Assembly (NCBI RefSeq): GCF_009914755.1
Contig: NC_060925.1
Reading direction: 5' to 3' (one strand)
Length of the DNA stretch: 64,000 bases
Origin: the human T2T-CHM13v2.0 reference genome, Homo sapiens
Shown here: piece by piece, positions 31,291 to 44,324 of the stretch
Layout: each line of letters opens with the position of its first letter
Numbering within the stretch: the first letter of the stretch is position 1
Notes under the pieces: generated by a model
What the model was told of the DNA's origin: nothing
What the model saw: the letters and a program-made list of their open reading frames with translations, nothing else
The model's database searches: none
Program-made: the position numbers and the translations under genes

Positions 31291-33254
31291 TTATGGGTAC
31301 TTTACACCTATATTAACATATATAATTTTTATAATCTGTGAGGAGGATACTATTCATATTGTAGAGATGTGGAAATTGAGGCATAAGGAAGATAAGAAAC
31401 ATAAAGAAGATAAGAAATCACATGATGAATGAGTCCTTATTTTTAAGCACTGTGCCATAATACTAACTCAATATATTGTGTTCTGTTTAACATAAATGAA
31501 TGTTAGTCAAAATAATGGACTTCAGTGTCTGCGTGTATGTAGTCTGGTGTTAAGTCTTCTGCAGAGAACACGTCTTTGATATGATTCTTATCCTTCCAGA
31601 AGCATACAGTTGTCAATTTGCATGTATAAAGCTGGTGGTCACTAGAGAGTCTTCTCTGGAGCCCTTCCTCTCCAGGAACTCCAGAAACCTCCCAGCCAGC
31701 TTTGGCAAGAAACTCACTGGATGGGATTCATCAGTCAGTTCATTCATCCAAATGACTGAATCAAGAGTCTCAAACAGATGTAGTCTTAAATAATGTTCAA
31801 AACCCTTCTTATCCTTTTTGATACTTCAGAGAAGGTGCCTGAGGTTATTAAAAGAGAATCTTTTTCAAGATGCCAACACATCAGACTCAAAGACTGAAAA
31901 TCCTAGTTGAGTCCAACTTCTACCTCTAAGTTACTAAATAAACTCGACTAAATTACTTCACCTTTCTGAAATTCAATTTCTTCAACTGTGAACTGGAAAT
32001 AAAATACACATATCACAGGATTTTCTAAGGACTAATTGAAGGTTACAGTGTTTGAGGATACTTTGCAAGCTATAAAGTACTTTATATGGCTATAAAGTGG
32101 GAGATAATTATAACACAAATGCGAGAACTCAGGATGTTTTTCTTCTATATAACCTTGTAAGCTTTCAAAACTGCCACAGCGTGATAAATTATAGGAAAAT
32201 GTACTCTTAATCATAACATTTGCAAAGTCTCTTTTTTATTTTACATAAATATAGTAGGGACTCAATGCTTGGGTGGAAGTATTGTTGGTTGGATGAATGG
32301 GAGAGATGAAGGGAGACAGCATATTAAATAAGAGAGCTGTTCATGAAGTTTTAAATGTTCCTTTTTTAACATTCTTTTTAAACATTGCTTGATATGAACT
32401 ATGTGTGTTACATGGAGGGTTGGGAGACATTTAATTCATTGAGTTAGCCTGTTTTTCTGCTATTTGTTTTTTAGTTCAACAAACATTTATTGAGCAACTG
32501 CCATCAGTTGGGCATTGTGCAAGTTTCAGGGAAAACACAGTTGATGATGTCACTGTTTTTTTATGCCTGTTTCTTCATCTGCTAATTTTTCTCCTTAAAC
32601 ATTTTGAGGATTGCAGAATAAACTGACACTGGTATGGTCATATGAAGGGCCCCAGCGGTACCGAGGGCTGCACTTGTGTCAAATTGTTTCCTGATGTACA
32701 CATGCAGCCTGTGAGTTCTCTGTGGATGGCAAAATATGTTTCTCCGGAAAGAAGAAAGCTCCTCCCACCTTTTCTTGCTTTTCCCTGCTTATCTCTGAAC
32801 CTCTTTTCTCGGGGATAGCCCATCAAAGCACTGTGTGGCCAAAGGAAAAATAAGATGTCAGCTCTCCGACTCATGTGGTCTTGCAGTGAACATCAGCTAT
32901 GCATGGCTGCTGAATTGGGGTGGACATTAGGCAGAGTGTAGAGAACCTCTTGAGGGGAAATGAGGCCAGTCCTGCCCAATATATATAATTTTAGGTAAGG
33001 AGATACCTCAGCTTGTATTTTAGGAGAAGCACTGTGTATATACTGAGAATGGCTGAGGAAGGACCTCCATTTGTAATTCATTTCTCTCATTGTGGGGATG
33101 AGAGAACCAGTTCAAACTTTTAGGCCATTTGTGGCAGAATTGGGGCTGAAACTCTTGTTTTTCTAACTCTTAGCCCATGGCTCTCACTGAGTTTCATGGT
33201 GAACTAGCACTTCCAAGTATGTTTTCATTATGTAAGACAATTATAACATCATAA

Positions 33255-33480
33255 AGTGAGGAGTATAGAAAGAACATAAGCTTTGGAGTCAGACAGAACA
33301 AGGTCAAATCCTGGCACTGCTTCTTAAATCCATGTGGCCTTGGGCAAGTTACCTGAACACTCTGCTCTGTTCTTCTACTTCTGCATCTATTAAGAGGAAG
33401 AAAGAATGTTTACCTTTTATGGATGTTGCAAAGATTAAATGAGAGAACATTCAAGGAGCTCAGCACAGTACCCAGCCTAT
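33255..33480 (+). mobile_element. MIR SINE
   Basis: gctttggagtcagacag...ccttgggcaagttacc...aagattaaatgaga. Confidence 0.8.
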
Positions 33481-33541
33481 CTTTGATGTTGATATGTTTA
33501 CTAGAAAGGAAGAATCCAGTTGTCTCTTGAGAGGGGGTTCA

Positions 33542-33600
33542 GATGATGATGATGGTGATGATGGTGGTGGTGGAGAGAGTGATGGTAGTGATGATGGTGA
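33542..33600. repeat. Imperfect (GAT/GGT)n microsatellite
   Basis: gatgatgatgatggtgatgatggtggtggtgg... Confidence 0.85.
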
Positions 33601-34104
33601 CAGAGCTACCATTAAACATCTCTTTTTAAGCATTTCTGCAATATCACAACAACCATGTGATGTTGTGATTTTCCTCATTTTATAGCAGATCCTTCTGTCT
33701 CCAAATTCCATCCTTTTCTCATAATAGCACACTAGTTCTCAGGTTCTAAGTCTAGATATAGCAGCAGTGAATCTGCCAACCCAAGAAGAAACAAATAAAT
33801 ATTTCCTACACATTTCTTTTTCCTTCATTTTAATTCCCTTTTCGTATTGACTGACCCTGTAACATTAACTTTGCCTGTACTTTATGTTTATGCAACCAGT
33901 AAATGTGGGTGATTCTCAGGAATTCCTTGAACCTATTTATGATACTGTGGAGCAGCGTGGCCAACTCCTTTTCTGTCAAGGATCTCAGAATCAATATATT
34001 TAAGATCCCAAGATTTTGAGATGTACAGATAAGTGAACATTGGTTGCCTGGCTATTGGATTTTTATCTTAGAGAAAAACCTGTGAGTCTTGGTGGGGAAG
34101 AACC

Positions 34105-34300
34105 AGCACTTTGGAATCAGATTACCTGAATGTGAATCACAGCCCAGTTCCTTGTGAGCTGCATGACCCTGGTGAAGTTACTACTCATTTCTAAGCTTCG
34201 ATTTTCTTATCCATAAAATGAGGATAATACTAATACCAATGACATTAGTTTGTTGTAAGAATAAAATGAGACATGTATAGAAAGAGCATGTAAAAAGAGC
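34105..34300 (+). mobile_element. MIR SINE
   Basis: ctttggaatcaga...ttcttatccataaaatgaggataa. Confidence 0.75.
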
Positions 34301-34369
34301 TCAGTTAAAATGAGCTCATATCTTGGGTTATTCCTGTACAAAAGCCTTTGTGCCCTGAATGGAGAATCG

Positions 34370-34730
34370 TGTCACTCAGGATTCACTCAGCAAAACACAA
34401 ACCACTCTAATTGTTTAAAAAACCAGTAACTTAATACCCAAAAATGGCGATCCTGATGATGGAGGAGCTGAGAAGGGCTACATTCCCTGTGAAGCAAATC
34501 AGAGATCAGTGAAATGGAAGCAGCTACCATCCCCAGGCTGGAGGGACTAAGGAGGGAGGAGGGAGGTGGTGTTCTCATAGTCTGAGGGCAGGGGACACCA
34601 GCCGATGCTGGAGCCATGGCAGCCCTGTCAACAGAGCCCGAGTGGTGGAGGGGAAGCAGCTGCTGCCTGGCACAGAAGAGAAGTAGATAGGCTCTTGCTT
34701 CCCCTTGCCTGCAGGGGTAGCCCCACAATA
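34370..34730 (-). mobile_element. LTR33-like (ERVL) LTR remnant
   Basis: ggaagcagctaccatccccaggctggagggac...gctggagccatgg resembles LTR33. Confidence 0.55.
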
Positions 34731-36109
34731 CTGAGCAGAGCAGCGGACTTGATCTGAAAACACATAGGCCAAGGATTCTTGCAGGCTAAAGTCTCAGACT
34801 TCTATTGCCTGGTTGTGGATATGTAACTACTGTGATAACTAACACAGAAAGTTTGGAAGAGTCTTACTTCCCCCTGTTGCTAGACCTCTGAACAATAGCA
34901 GAGATTCACAGGTTGCTGTGCCCCAGAAGGTAGAATTTGGAAAAAGCAGTGGAAAACCCTCGAAAGCTGTAAGAGGCCTGTCTCTGGCCTTTTTCTCACA
35001 TTACTTTCTAGCAAGTATCTGAGCAGCCAGTGCCTTCAGTATCTGGGGATTTGTGGTCTGATGAGACATTCCCACCCTGCCGTTTACCTGGCTAACTTCT
35101 GCAGAATTGAGTATAGACTGAACTTCCTTGGGCCCCTATAGGTGGGTTAGCTGCCTTTGTGGCCCCTCCTGTGATACACTGATTTCCCTGCACTGAAATA
35201 CTCCATTTAGGCTTCCATCTCCTTCCCACCAGACTGTGAGCAGGGACTTGTCTTCTTCATCCTTGCATCCCCAAGCATTTGTACTCTTACTTCCTGTATT
35301 GAGCTAGCTACTGTGGTAGGTCCTGGGCTATGCATGTAAGTAAGAGTGCCAGCTACTAGCAACTTTTATTATAGAAGGGAGGCAGATGGGATATATGATG
35401 TTTTAAAATTACCCATGTCTTTTGTGCTAGGGAAGTCCATTGCATGAGACTATTTAACAGGGAGAATCGTCTGTCCTAGAGGGTCAGGGAAGCCCTATAA
35501 TTAGGAGTCGGCCTGACAGCGAGGTTGGGGGAATGGCATTCCAGGCAGAGGGAAGAGCAAATGTGAAGGTCTTGAGGTGGGAAACAGCATTAAGGATTAG
35601 AGATTGAGAGCAAACGTGGCATTGCCTGGGAGCTGATGAGGTCAGCAGGACCTGTTCTCTCCTGTGTCCAAGTCTCTGCGTCCTGCCTGAGCACTTTCCA
35701 CCCCCAGCTTTGTGTTGTAGTCCTGCAAGTCTGCGTGTTTGTGGCTTCCACATCACACCTAGTATATATCGTTTTGTGCATAGAAGGGGCTTATTGGATA
35801 TTTGAACAAATGAATACAATTCCAGGCCCTAAAGAGTCTTTCTAGCTTTCTTGTCATATTTATAACTTTAGTTGCCCTGCAAGTATCAAGGAATACGAGC
35901 TCTATGGGGAAGAAGCCTGAATTTATACCATTTATGGGAAACCCTCTGCTATTTGGCATTCTGTTACTAGGAACTCGCTCTCAGTCATTCTCTCCTTCAC
36001 AATTGGAGTTCTGCGATAAGTAGTAGTAAGAATGGTGACCTAGGGATGCCAGAAAGATTCAGTCATCAGACCATCCTTTGCTTTTGCTTCTTTGGGACTG
36101 AGATGTGAT

Positions 36110-36310
36110 GTGTTAAACCAGATTCCATTTGGCTCCGCTCCTTCTTAGCAGTGACCTTGGGCAAGTCAGTTAACCTCTGCAGACCTTAGTTTCTCCTCTG
36201 ATGTCTAACATTAATAATATCTATGATAGTGTTAAAATGAGACCATGTATGCAAATATGTAGCATAGTGCCTGGTATTTAGTGAGCAGAAAATAACTGAT
36301 AGCTGCTGCT
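36110..36310 (+). mobile_element. MIR SINE
   Basis: gtgaccttgggcaagtcagttaacctct...gcatagtgcctgg. Confidence 0.75.
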
Positions 36311-36556
36311 TTTATTATGACAATCACAATTACTGCCATTATTATAACGTTGGGTGCCATACATTGACCAGAACAAAGCAAAATCTGAGCAGGCTTCCGA
36401 GGTTTCCTATGCAGGCAAGTATGCCCTTTGGGTTTCTCCTTGAGACTGCCCTACACACAGGACCCTTCCTCCATGTTGTTTGACTATTAAAAAGAAGATT
36501 TGTTAATGCTTGTTTTTAGCTTTCTCTCCCTCTTTTTTTATGTGTTAAAGAGGATT

Positions 36557-36580
36557 TGTTTTTGTTTTCCTTTCTCACAG
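36557..36580 (+). other. 3' splice site / polypyrimidine tract of the FGGY exon
   Basis: Pyrimidine-rich tract ending in CAG immediately before the exon. Confidence 0.9.
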
Positions 36581-36684
36581 GAGTGATTGGGGCAGATGTG
36601 AGAGGGCACGGCCTCATCTGTGAGGGGCAGCCAGTGACGTCACGGCTGGCTGTCATCTGTGGAACGTCTTCTTGTCACATGGGG
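36581..36684 (+). CDS. FGGY: Internal coding exon (104 nt) of FGGY carbohydrate kinase domain-containing protein (D-ribulokinase); probably exon 8 of the main isoform
   Basis: Acceptor ttttgttttcctttctcacAG|G ends at 36580 and donor GG|GTGAGT starts at 36685. Only one frame is open (2 nt completing a split codon plus 34 codons): (G)[34 protein letters not shown]. This includes the FGGY-family GTS motif and matches FGGY as I remember it. The exon number is from memory. Confidence 0.95.
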
Positions 36685-36690
36685 GTGAGT
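36685..36690 (+). other. 5' splice site GTGAGT
   Basis: Consensus donor right after codons ATG GGG (phase 0). Confidence 0.9.
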
Positions 36691-38095
36691 CCACTGAGCA
36701 CAAAGGCAAGGCCACCACACAGCAGGAGGTAGCCTGGAAGGAGACCCTGAGTGCTGGCTTCTTCACCCTTTCACTTCTTTCCTCTTTTCCCTGCCTGCCC
36801 CTTGTGCTTTGTCTAGCCAGAAGCCCAGCTCCCCACTCTACCTCCCTTGCTTAACATTTGCTGGATCTTTTTCCAGGGGCCAAATTCTTAGTAAGCATGA
36901 AAAGGATTGAGTGCTCCCTTTGACGTCACCCTGGCCAGAGAGCCCAGGCATGAATGGTGACATCTGATCCTAAGGTGACAAAGTCTAGCTCCCCCAGACT
37001 GATCTGTCCCTAATGGGTAGCGGGGTCTTCTCGGCAAAGAGTGTCTGTTTTCCTTGGCCAGGGAACTCTCTCTCAATCAATATAAATCCATCTCCCTGGG
37101 AGCGTCCTGATGATCTATAGAATTAGCCTGCGTATCATGACTTCAAAAGAACACTGATAAGCAATTTTCACTTTGTTAATTTTTCTCCATGAATTAGTGA
37201 AAAGGCTTTCTCCAAGATTGCAGTTAAAATTTAGTGCCTGCCCTAAAATTTATATCTTCTTTAAATGCATGAGTCTGAAAGCATTCCATTCCGATAAGTA
37301 CCCATTTCTACCATATTTTTATTTAAAAGTCATTACTCTGTTAAACTTAAATCGACGACTCTTTGGAATTTTCCCAGATAAGTATAATAGAGGGCAGAGT
37401 GGGGGAGGAGCAGGGAGATGAGCAGAGATTAGAGCGGGACACAGCCCAGGGCAGAACCAAAGCAGCTATGGAGGAAATTAAGTGGGATGTGAGACTGTTT
37501 TGCAACTGTAGGGACCCCTGAGCCTTTTTACCATCAGATATTCTAGTTCAGTTGATATAAATACATGTACTTACTTATCAATCCCTGCTCTTGTGCTAAA
37601 CTGTGGATATAAGAATGACATCGGCTCAGTGGGATGAGATGAAGTTATAACAGGTATTAGAATATAATGTGAGGCCCCCCAATGTAGATACAAATTGAAC
37701 TCATGATACTAAGCATCTGTTATGTGCCAAGCAATATGCGAGGTATTCTTGCACATGGCATCCCATTTTCTATGGCTGAGGGAGCCAGCCCGAGTGGTTT
37801 CCAGTCCCACTTCCTCAGTTTACTAAGTGTGGGCCTTTGGGCAAGGTACTTAAACTCTCTGGGTCCCAGATTCCTCATCTACAATATGTAGAGAGTGACA
37901 GCACCTGTCAGAGTGCTGCAAGAATTAAATGAGGTGATACTAAGTGCTCCACATGCAGTAAGCACATCACAAGGGCTCACTCTTAATCACTAGGACTGTT
38001 GTTGTTACTGAGCAGAAAGCAAACAGTGGCTGACTCTGCCTGGGAGGGTGCAGGGTGATAGAATCTTCTTGAGGTGACATTTGTGCTGGACTTTA

Positions 38096-38733
<638 letters not shown>

Positions 38734-40469
38734 TTACCCCACTCAATTCAGATTTCTGAACAGAAGCAAATCTAAATGGATGCAAGTGTCTCTGTGATGG
38801 CCTGCTTCTTAGTCTTACTGTCTCTTAATGGAGATGAGGCTGGCTTTCCCTACCCATTTAATGTACACATTTGGGACCTAAAGCGTAGAAAAGTCCAGTA
38901 ATTTTCCCAAAGTCACAAAGCTTTGAAGTTCTTGAGCTAAGAACTGAAATCTAACTCTGATTCCAAAGCTCATACTCCTCCTTGCCTCCCTGAATTGTGC
39001 ATGAAGATGATGTACCCATAGAGGAATGGTGAGAACATGGGCTTTTACATTGTCCAGAGGCAAGCTTGAACATCTGCTCATGCATGTTTTGGCCCTCTGA
39101 CCTGAGTGAGCTACTTAACTTCTCTAAGCTTCAGATTCTTCATCCATCAAATTGGGGATAATGATGCCAGTCTCACAGGGTTGTTGAGTAACATGCATTA
39201 TGTAGGTTTGTACCTAGCACACAGCAGACACTCAAAAATGGTGGAGATTGTTATTAAACTTTCCTAGTGATGTAAACGGCTCACATGAAGCAACTGTTTG
39301 GGCTTTAACGAGTTTGATGGGCAGCTGCAGTTGGTTGCGATGAATGAGGGCCATAAAAGGCCAGTTTATGATGGCTGTGTTGTGCTGGAAATAAAGTCCC
39401 CACCCCCATCCTGCTTTGTACTTGGGAGTGGGAAGGGACCCTCTGGGCCAAGGGGATTAATCATCAGCTTTAATGTTATGTCATGAGGGTGAGACTGTGG
39501 TCATGCTGGCATGGGAAAGTGCCTTTGATCTCCTCAGGTGCTGGGAACCCAGCAACAATAACACCTTTGTGAGGTCTAGGAGAGGTGCAGGTCTGAGGAA
39601 ACACTCCCAGGGAGACTCAAGGACCCCCTTTGTTGTGGTTCTGGCAAATAAAACCGCCACTGTGAGGAAAAATTAACCAAACAGAACACAGGGACCAAAG
39701 GGTGATGCGGGCTTTTCAAAAAGTGGTTTTCAGCATGATCTGAAGGATCCTCTTTCTTCCTGTCTGCTTACTTCTGATGTTTCCAATTTAGTAGATTGAG
39801 ACAAAATTCCCAGGAACGTTTTGTGCTTGATCCAGGTTGCCTCTTTCTAGATCACCCAAAAAGAATAAATGAATGAACGAATGACCACATAAGTGAGTAT
39901 TGGTAAATACTTAGAAGCTTCGTACCTCCAGGTTCCTGTTGCTTCCAGGAATCTGGAGAAAAAGCCTGAGGTTGAACATAAGACATGTTAATAAGGCCTT
40001 TGATATTTTAGAAGATACAAGCATGGGCTGCACATTTATCTTCCTTGTGGGTGATTTAATTAACAGGGGAAAAATGCCATTCTTTTTTTAACTCCATGAA
40101 AGCAGAGCTGCTTGTTCAGAGTTAATTACTACCAAGTCACCAAAACCCCAGATAATACACAGCAGGGGTTAGCCAGAGGTTGAAAAGTCATGGGGTAAGA
40201 TGGAGCTGATCCTTGCCATTGTACTGACATCCTTTTCTTGAGCTGTCAGGTTGGGTTGTAACTTGGCAACTTGTCTTCCAGTTAGCATGTCAGATGGGGA
40301 CAGGACCCTGGGGGGGTCGGGGTAGGGAGAAACACTGAGGAGGTAAGATTTGAGCAGAACAATACCTGAAGAGAGCTGGGAACTACATCTGCATCTTAAA
40401 TCGCTCAGAACTGAAGTTTTTTCAGTCTTAATATTGAGATAGTGGTTCTCTATCATTGAAGGGATGTGG

Positions 40470-40670
40470 AGACTCAAAGACATAGGCTCATACGCTGCCC
40501 CCACCACTTACTGTGTGAATTTAGGCAGGATGCTTCATCTTTCAGTGCCTCAGTTTCTGCATCTGTTAAATGTGAGTGATAGTATTTACCCATAAAGTTT
40601 TGTTCAGGTTCAAATTAGGCCATCTTTGTAAATGACTTGGCACTGTACCTGGCACAAAATACCAAATATG
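40470..40670 (+). mobile_element. MIR SINE
   Basis: ccacttactgtgtg...gtgcctcagtttctgcatctg...gtacctggcaca. Confidence 0.75.
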
Positions 40671-40675
40671 ATATT

Positions 40676-43060
40676 GTTATTAAAAATGAGTTGTTAATCA
40701 CATGAACAATCCATGTGGTTATGGACTAGAATTAGAGACATCAGTATGAACTCATATTGGGGGAACCCACCCCCAATATTTCAACGTAGGTTCTTTCTAT
40801 TTTCCGTAAGTGTCAGCCGGCTGAGAAATAAAGAGAAAGAGTACAACGAGAGGAATTTTACAGCTGGGCTGCTGGGGGTGACATCACATATCAGTAGGAC
40901 CATGATGCCCACCTGAGCCTTAAATCCAGCAAGTTTTATTAAGGATTTCAAAAGGGGAGGGGGTGCAAGAACAGGGAGTAGGTCACAAGATCACATGCTT
41001 CAAAGGCAAAAAGGAGAACAGAGATCACATACTTCTGAGGAAACAGTACAAGGGCAAATTCAGAACTACTGATAAGTGTCTATGTTCAGCTGTGCATGTA
41101 TTGTCTTGATAAACATCTTAAACAACAGAAAACAGGGTTCAAGAGCAGAGAACCGATCTGACCTCAAATTTACCAGGGTGGGTTTTTTCCCCACCCTAAT
41201 AAGCCTAGGGTACTGCAGGAGACCAGGGCATATTTCAGTCCTTATCTCAACCTCATAAGACAGACACTCCCAGAGTGGCTTTTATAGACCTCCCCCCAGG
41301 AATGCATTCCTTCCCCAGGGTATTAATTATTAATATTCTTTGCTGGGAAAATAATTTAGCGATATCTTCCCTACCTGCACATCTGTTTTAGGCTGTCTGC
41401 AAGAAGAAAAATATGGCTCTTTTTGCCCGACCCCACAGGCAGTCAGACCTTATGGTTGTCTTCCTATGTTCCCTAAAATCACTGTTATTCTGTTCTTTTT
41501 CCAGGTGCACTGATTTCATATTGTTCAAACACACATCTTTTACAATCAATTTGTACAGTTAACACAATAGTGGTCCTGAGGTGAAGTACATTCTCAGCTT
41601 ATGAAGATAACAGGGTTAAGAGATTAAAGTAAAGACAGGCATAAGAAATTATTAAAGTATTAATTTTGGGAACTGATAAATGTCCATATTAAAATGAAAT
41701 CTTCACAATTTATGTTCAGAGATTGAAGTAAAGATTGGCGTAAGAAATTATAAAAGTATTATTTGGGAACTGATATATGTCCATATTAAAATGAAATCTT
41801 CACAATTTATGTTCCTCTGCTGCAGCTCCAGCCAGTCCCACTGTTTGAGGTCCCTGACTTCCTGAAACAAACTCATATTTAGTTTAACATAGATGCAGAT
41901 GGATGCATATAGAAATAGTTATGGATATATATACATATACAGGTTAGTAAACACATATTTATTTCCTGGCTCTGTTAGCTGAGATGGTCTAGAAATAAGG
42001 ATACCTCAAGAGCTAGTTTTTACAAGCACATAGTGTCCAGATCATGGTATCTAATACCATTATCCAATACAAAGAACCAGGACTCCTTGGAGAAATAGTT
42101 GATTTTAGGATTGGAATAGGAAATATACAAGATGAGCTTGGAGCATTTGCAGTGCCAGAAAGTTAGGAAGTTCTCAACAAAAAAGATGAGAATATGTCAC
42201 AGGGAGCCAACTGTGGGAGCTCCCACTAGCCAAAACTGGAACAATTTAAGCAGTAAAATGAAGTATTATGAATTATAACTCAAAGTATAACATAAATATC
42301 CATAAGACCATACTGACATAAATTATTTTGAATAAATAAATCAATGAAAAGAAGAGAGACATCTCCCATGCAGAAAGATTCCAAATAATTTATATAAATG
42401 TTCCACCATCAAGGAGGTGGAGCATAACTTTCCACTCCTTAAGTGTGGGCTGCACATAGCGATTTCCTTCCACAAAATATGGTATGGAAAACGGGGGAAG
42501 AGTAATTTTACATTGGAGAAATATGAGAAACAGCATCCACGTGACAAGGTCAACATCAACAATGATAAGTCATGTTGATAGTACGTACCCTTGATATGAT
42601 GTAATGAAAATGACACTTTGTCTCTGTTGTGTTCATCCCCCAATCCTATAAGCCCAGTCTAATTACCAGGAAAACACCAAACAGATCTTAGTTAAGGGAC
42701 ATCCTATAAAATACTTGACCAGTATTTCTCAAAGCTGTCATCCAGGTCATCAAAAAACAGGGAAAGTCAGAGAAACTATCACAGCCAAGAGGAACCTAAA
42801 GAGCCATGATAACTAAATGTAATATGGTATCCTGGATGGGATCCTGGAGCAGAGAAAGAACATTAGGTAAAATCTAAGGAAATCTGAATAAAGTATGGTC
42901 TTCAGTTCATGATAATATATCAGCGTCATTCACTGTGACATATATACTTGACAAGATAGTAATGATAGGGGAAATGTAACTGGATGTGAGGTATATATGA
43001 TCTTTACAACCATCTTATATTGTAAAACTATTCTAAAATTTAAAATTTATTTTTAAAATA
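40676..43060 (+). mobile_element. L1MC/L1MD-type 3' end, interrupted by MER11
   Basis: gaaccaggactccttggagaaat, taaatgtaatatggtatcctggatgggatcctgg and tgtaaaactattctaaaa motifs. Confidence 0.8.
40755..41869 (-). mobile_element. MER11 (HERV-K11/HML-8) solo LTR, MER11A/B-like
   Basis: Minus strand begins TGTTTCAGGAAGTCAGGGACC; ~97-bp internal repeat; perfect 6-bp TSD AACTCA at 40749-40754 and 41870-41875. Confidence 0.93.
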
Positions 43061-44044
43061 TTCATTAACTATTCACTCATAAAGAAAACTTTTTTTTTTA
43101 ATTTACCTGGCTAAGTGCTAAAAGTCTTCATAAGATAAAATGTCATGCCTGCCTTCAAAGAGCTCAGGCACATTGAGAAAGACAGACAGAAAAAGGAGAT
43201 ACTACAATACAAAATGGTAACTACTATAGTTAATGCATGGCTGGAGTGTGGTGGAAGTAGGAAGAAGGGGCTGTCCCAAGTCTTGGGTAGATGAGGAGGT
43301 TTTCCTATAGGAAGAGATATTTGCAGGATCATGGCTTCCCCGCCCCCACTGAGACACTGTTCCTGCCAGCCCAATTTCTGTAGTAGGCCCTTTCCTCAGT
43401 CTTCTCCACTTTGTTTTTCTTTGCTGTGTCCACAAAGCCTCACAGCTGACTTCCCCTGAGGCCTGAGCAGGATGTGGGTGTGTATGAGCCCTTTGGGAGG
43501 GCACCACAGGGAGACAGCACAGTCATGTATTATGAACTGATGGTCTTCTGTTACTAGCTGAGAAGAGTGGGCAAGTGGGACCAGTTTCTCTGTCATGGTC
43601 TCTTTAACAAGTGACATTGGCAGAAGTTACCAGAGGGGTGGAGTGGGATGGGATTCCACACGGTACAGTAGACCACTGTTACACCTAACAATGAAAGTGC
43701 TGAGGTGCTGCTCAGAAGGTGCCTCGCTTCCTCTTTGTTTACCAGGACCTGTTGTCGTCAGCCCTCTAGGAACCAGCATTCTCAGGACACTCTCTGTGTC
43801 AAGACTAGCTCTCAGACTGCATGTTTTGAAAACAAAGTATATGCTAGGCATTGATTCGGCGAGGAGAGGGTTGATGTGGTTCAGTGGACAATGAGAGACA
43901 GACTGTGCACTCAAGAAGCTCAAGGTAGCTTGTTTTTCAAGACATTTGAGAAACATAGAAACATTATGCTGGACTGAGTATGTTTAATATCTCTGAACCC
44001 AGGCAGTAGCACCCTTTCCTCAATCCTCATGAGGAGATAAGCAG

Positions 44045-44250
44045 TAATACTACTTGCTACCATCTGTTGACCACGGACCATGTACTAAGCACCTTACTAA
44101 AACTTTGTATCATGTAAATAGCTCAACAATCCTACCAAGTAGGCACCATACTGTCCCTCATTTTACAAGTTAGGAGACTGAGGCAAAGAGTGGTTAAGTG
44201 GGTCACACAATGTGTAGGAATGCAACACTTTGAGCCCTCTGGAAGACTGA
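44045..44250 (-). mobile_element. MIR SINE
   Basis: cattttacaagttaggagactgaggcaaagagtggttaagt. Confidence 0.75.
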
Positions 44251-44324
44251 CCAGAGAGTCCTTCCTCCTCCCTTTCAGCTGTATAGCTTCCCTCAAAGGC
44301 CTAGAGGAAAGGGAGAACAGACTC

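Noticed and set aside
33494-33685. Asp/Gly-rich ORF
   Set aside because: Translation of the (GAT/GGT)n microsatellite.
41620-41815. ~97-bp tandem repeat
   Set aside because: As I recall, a normal feature of MER11A/B LTRs rather than a locus-specific event.
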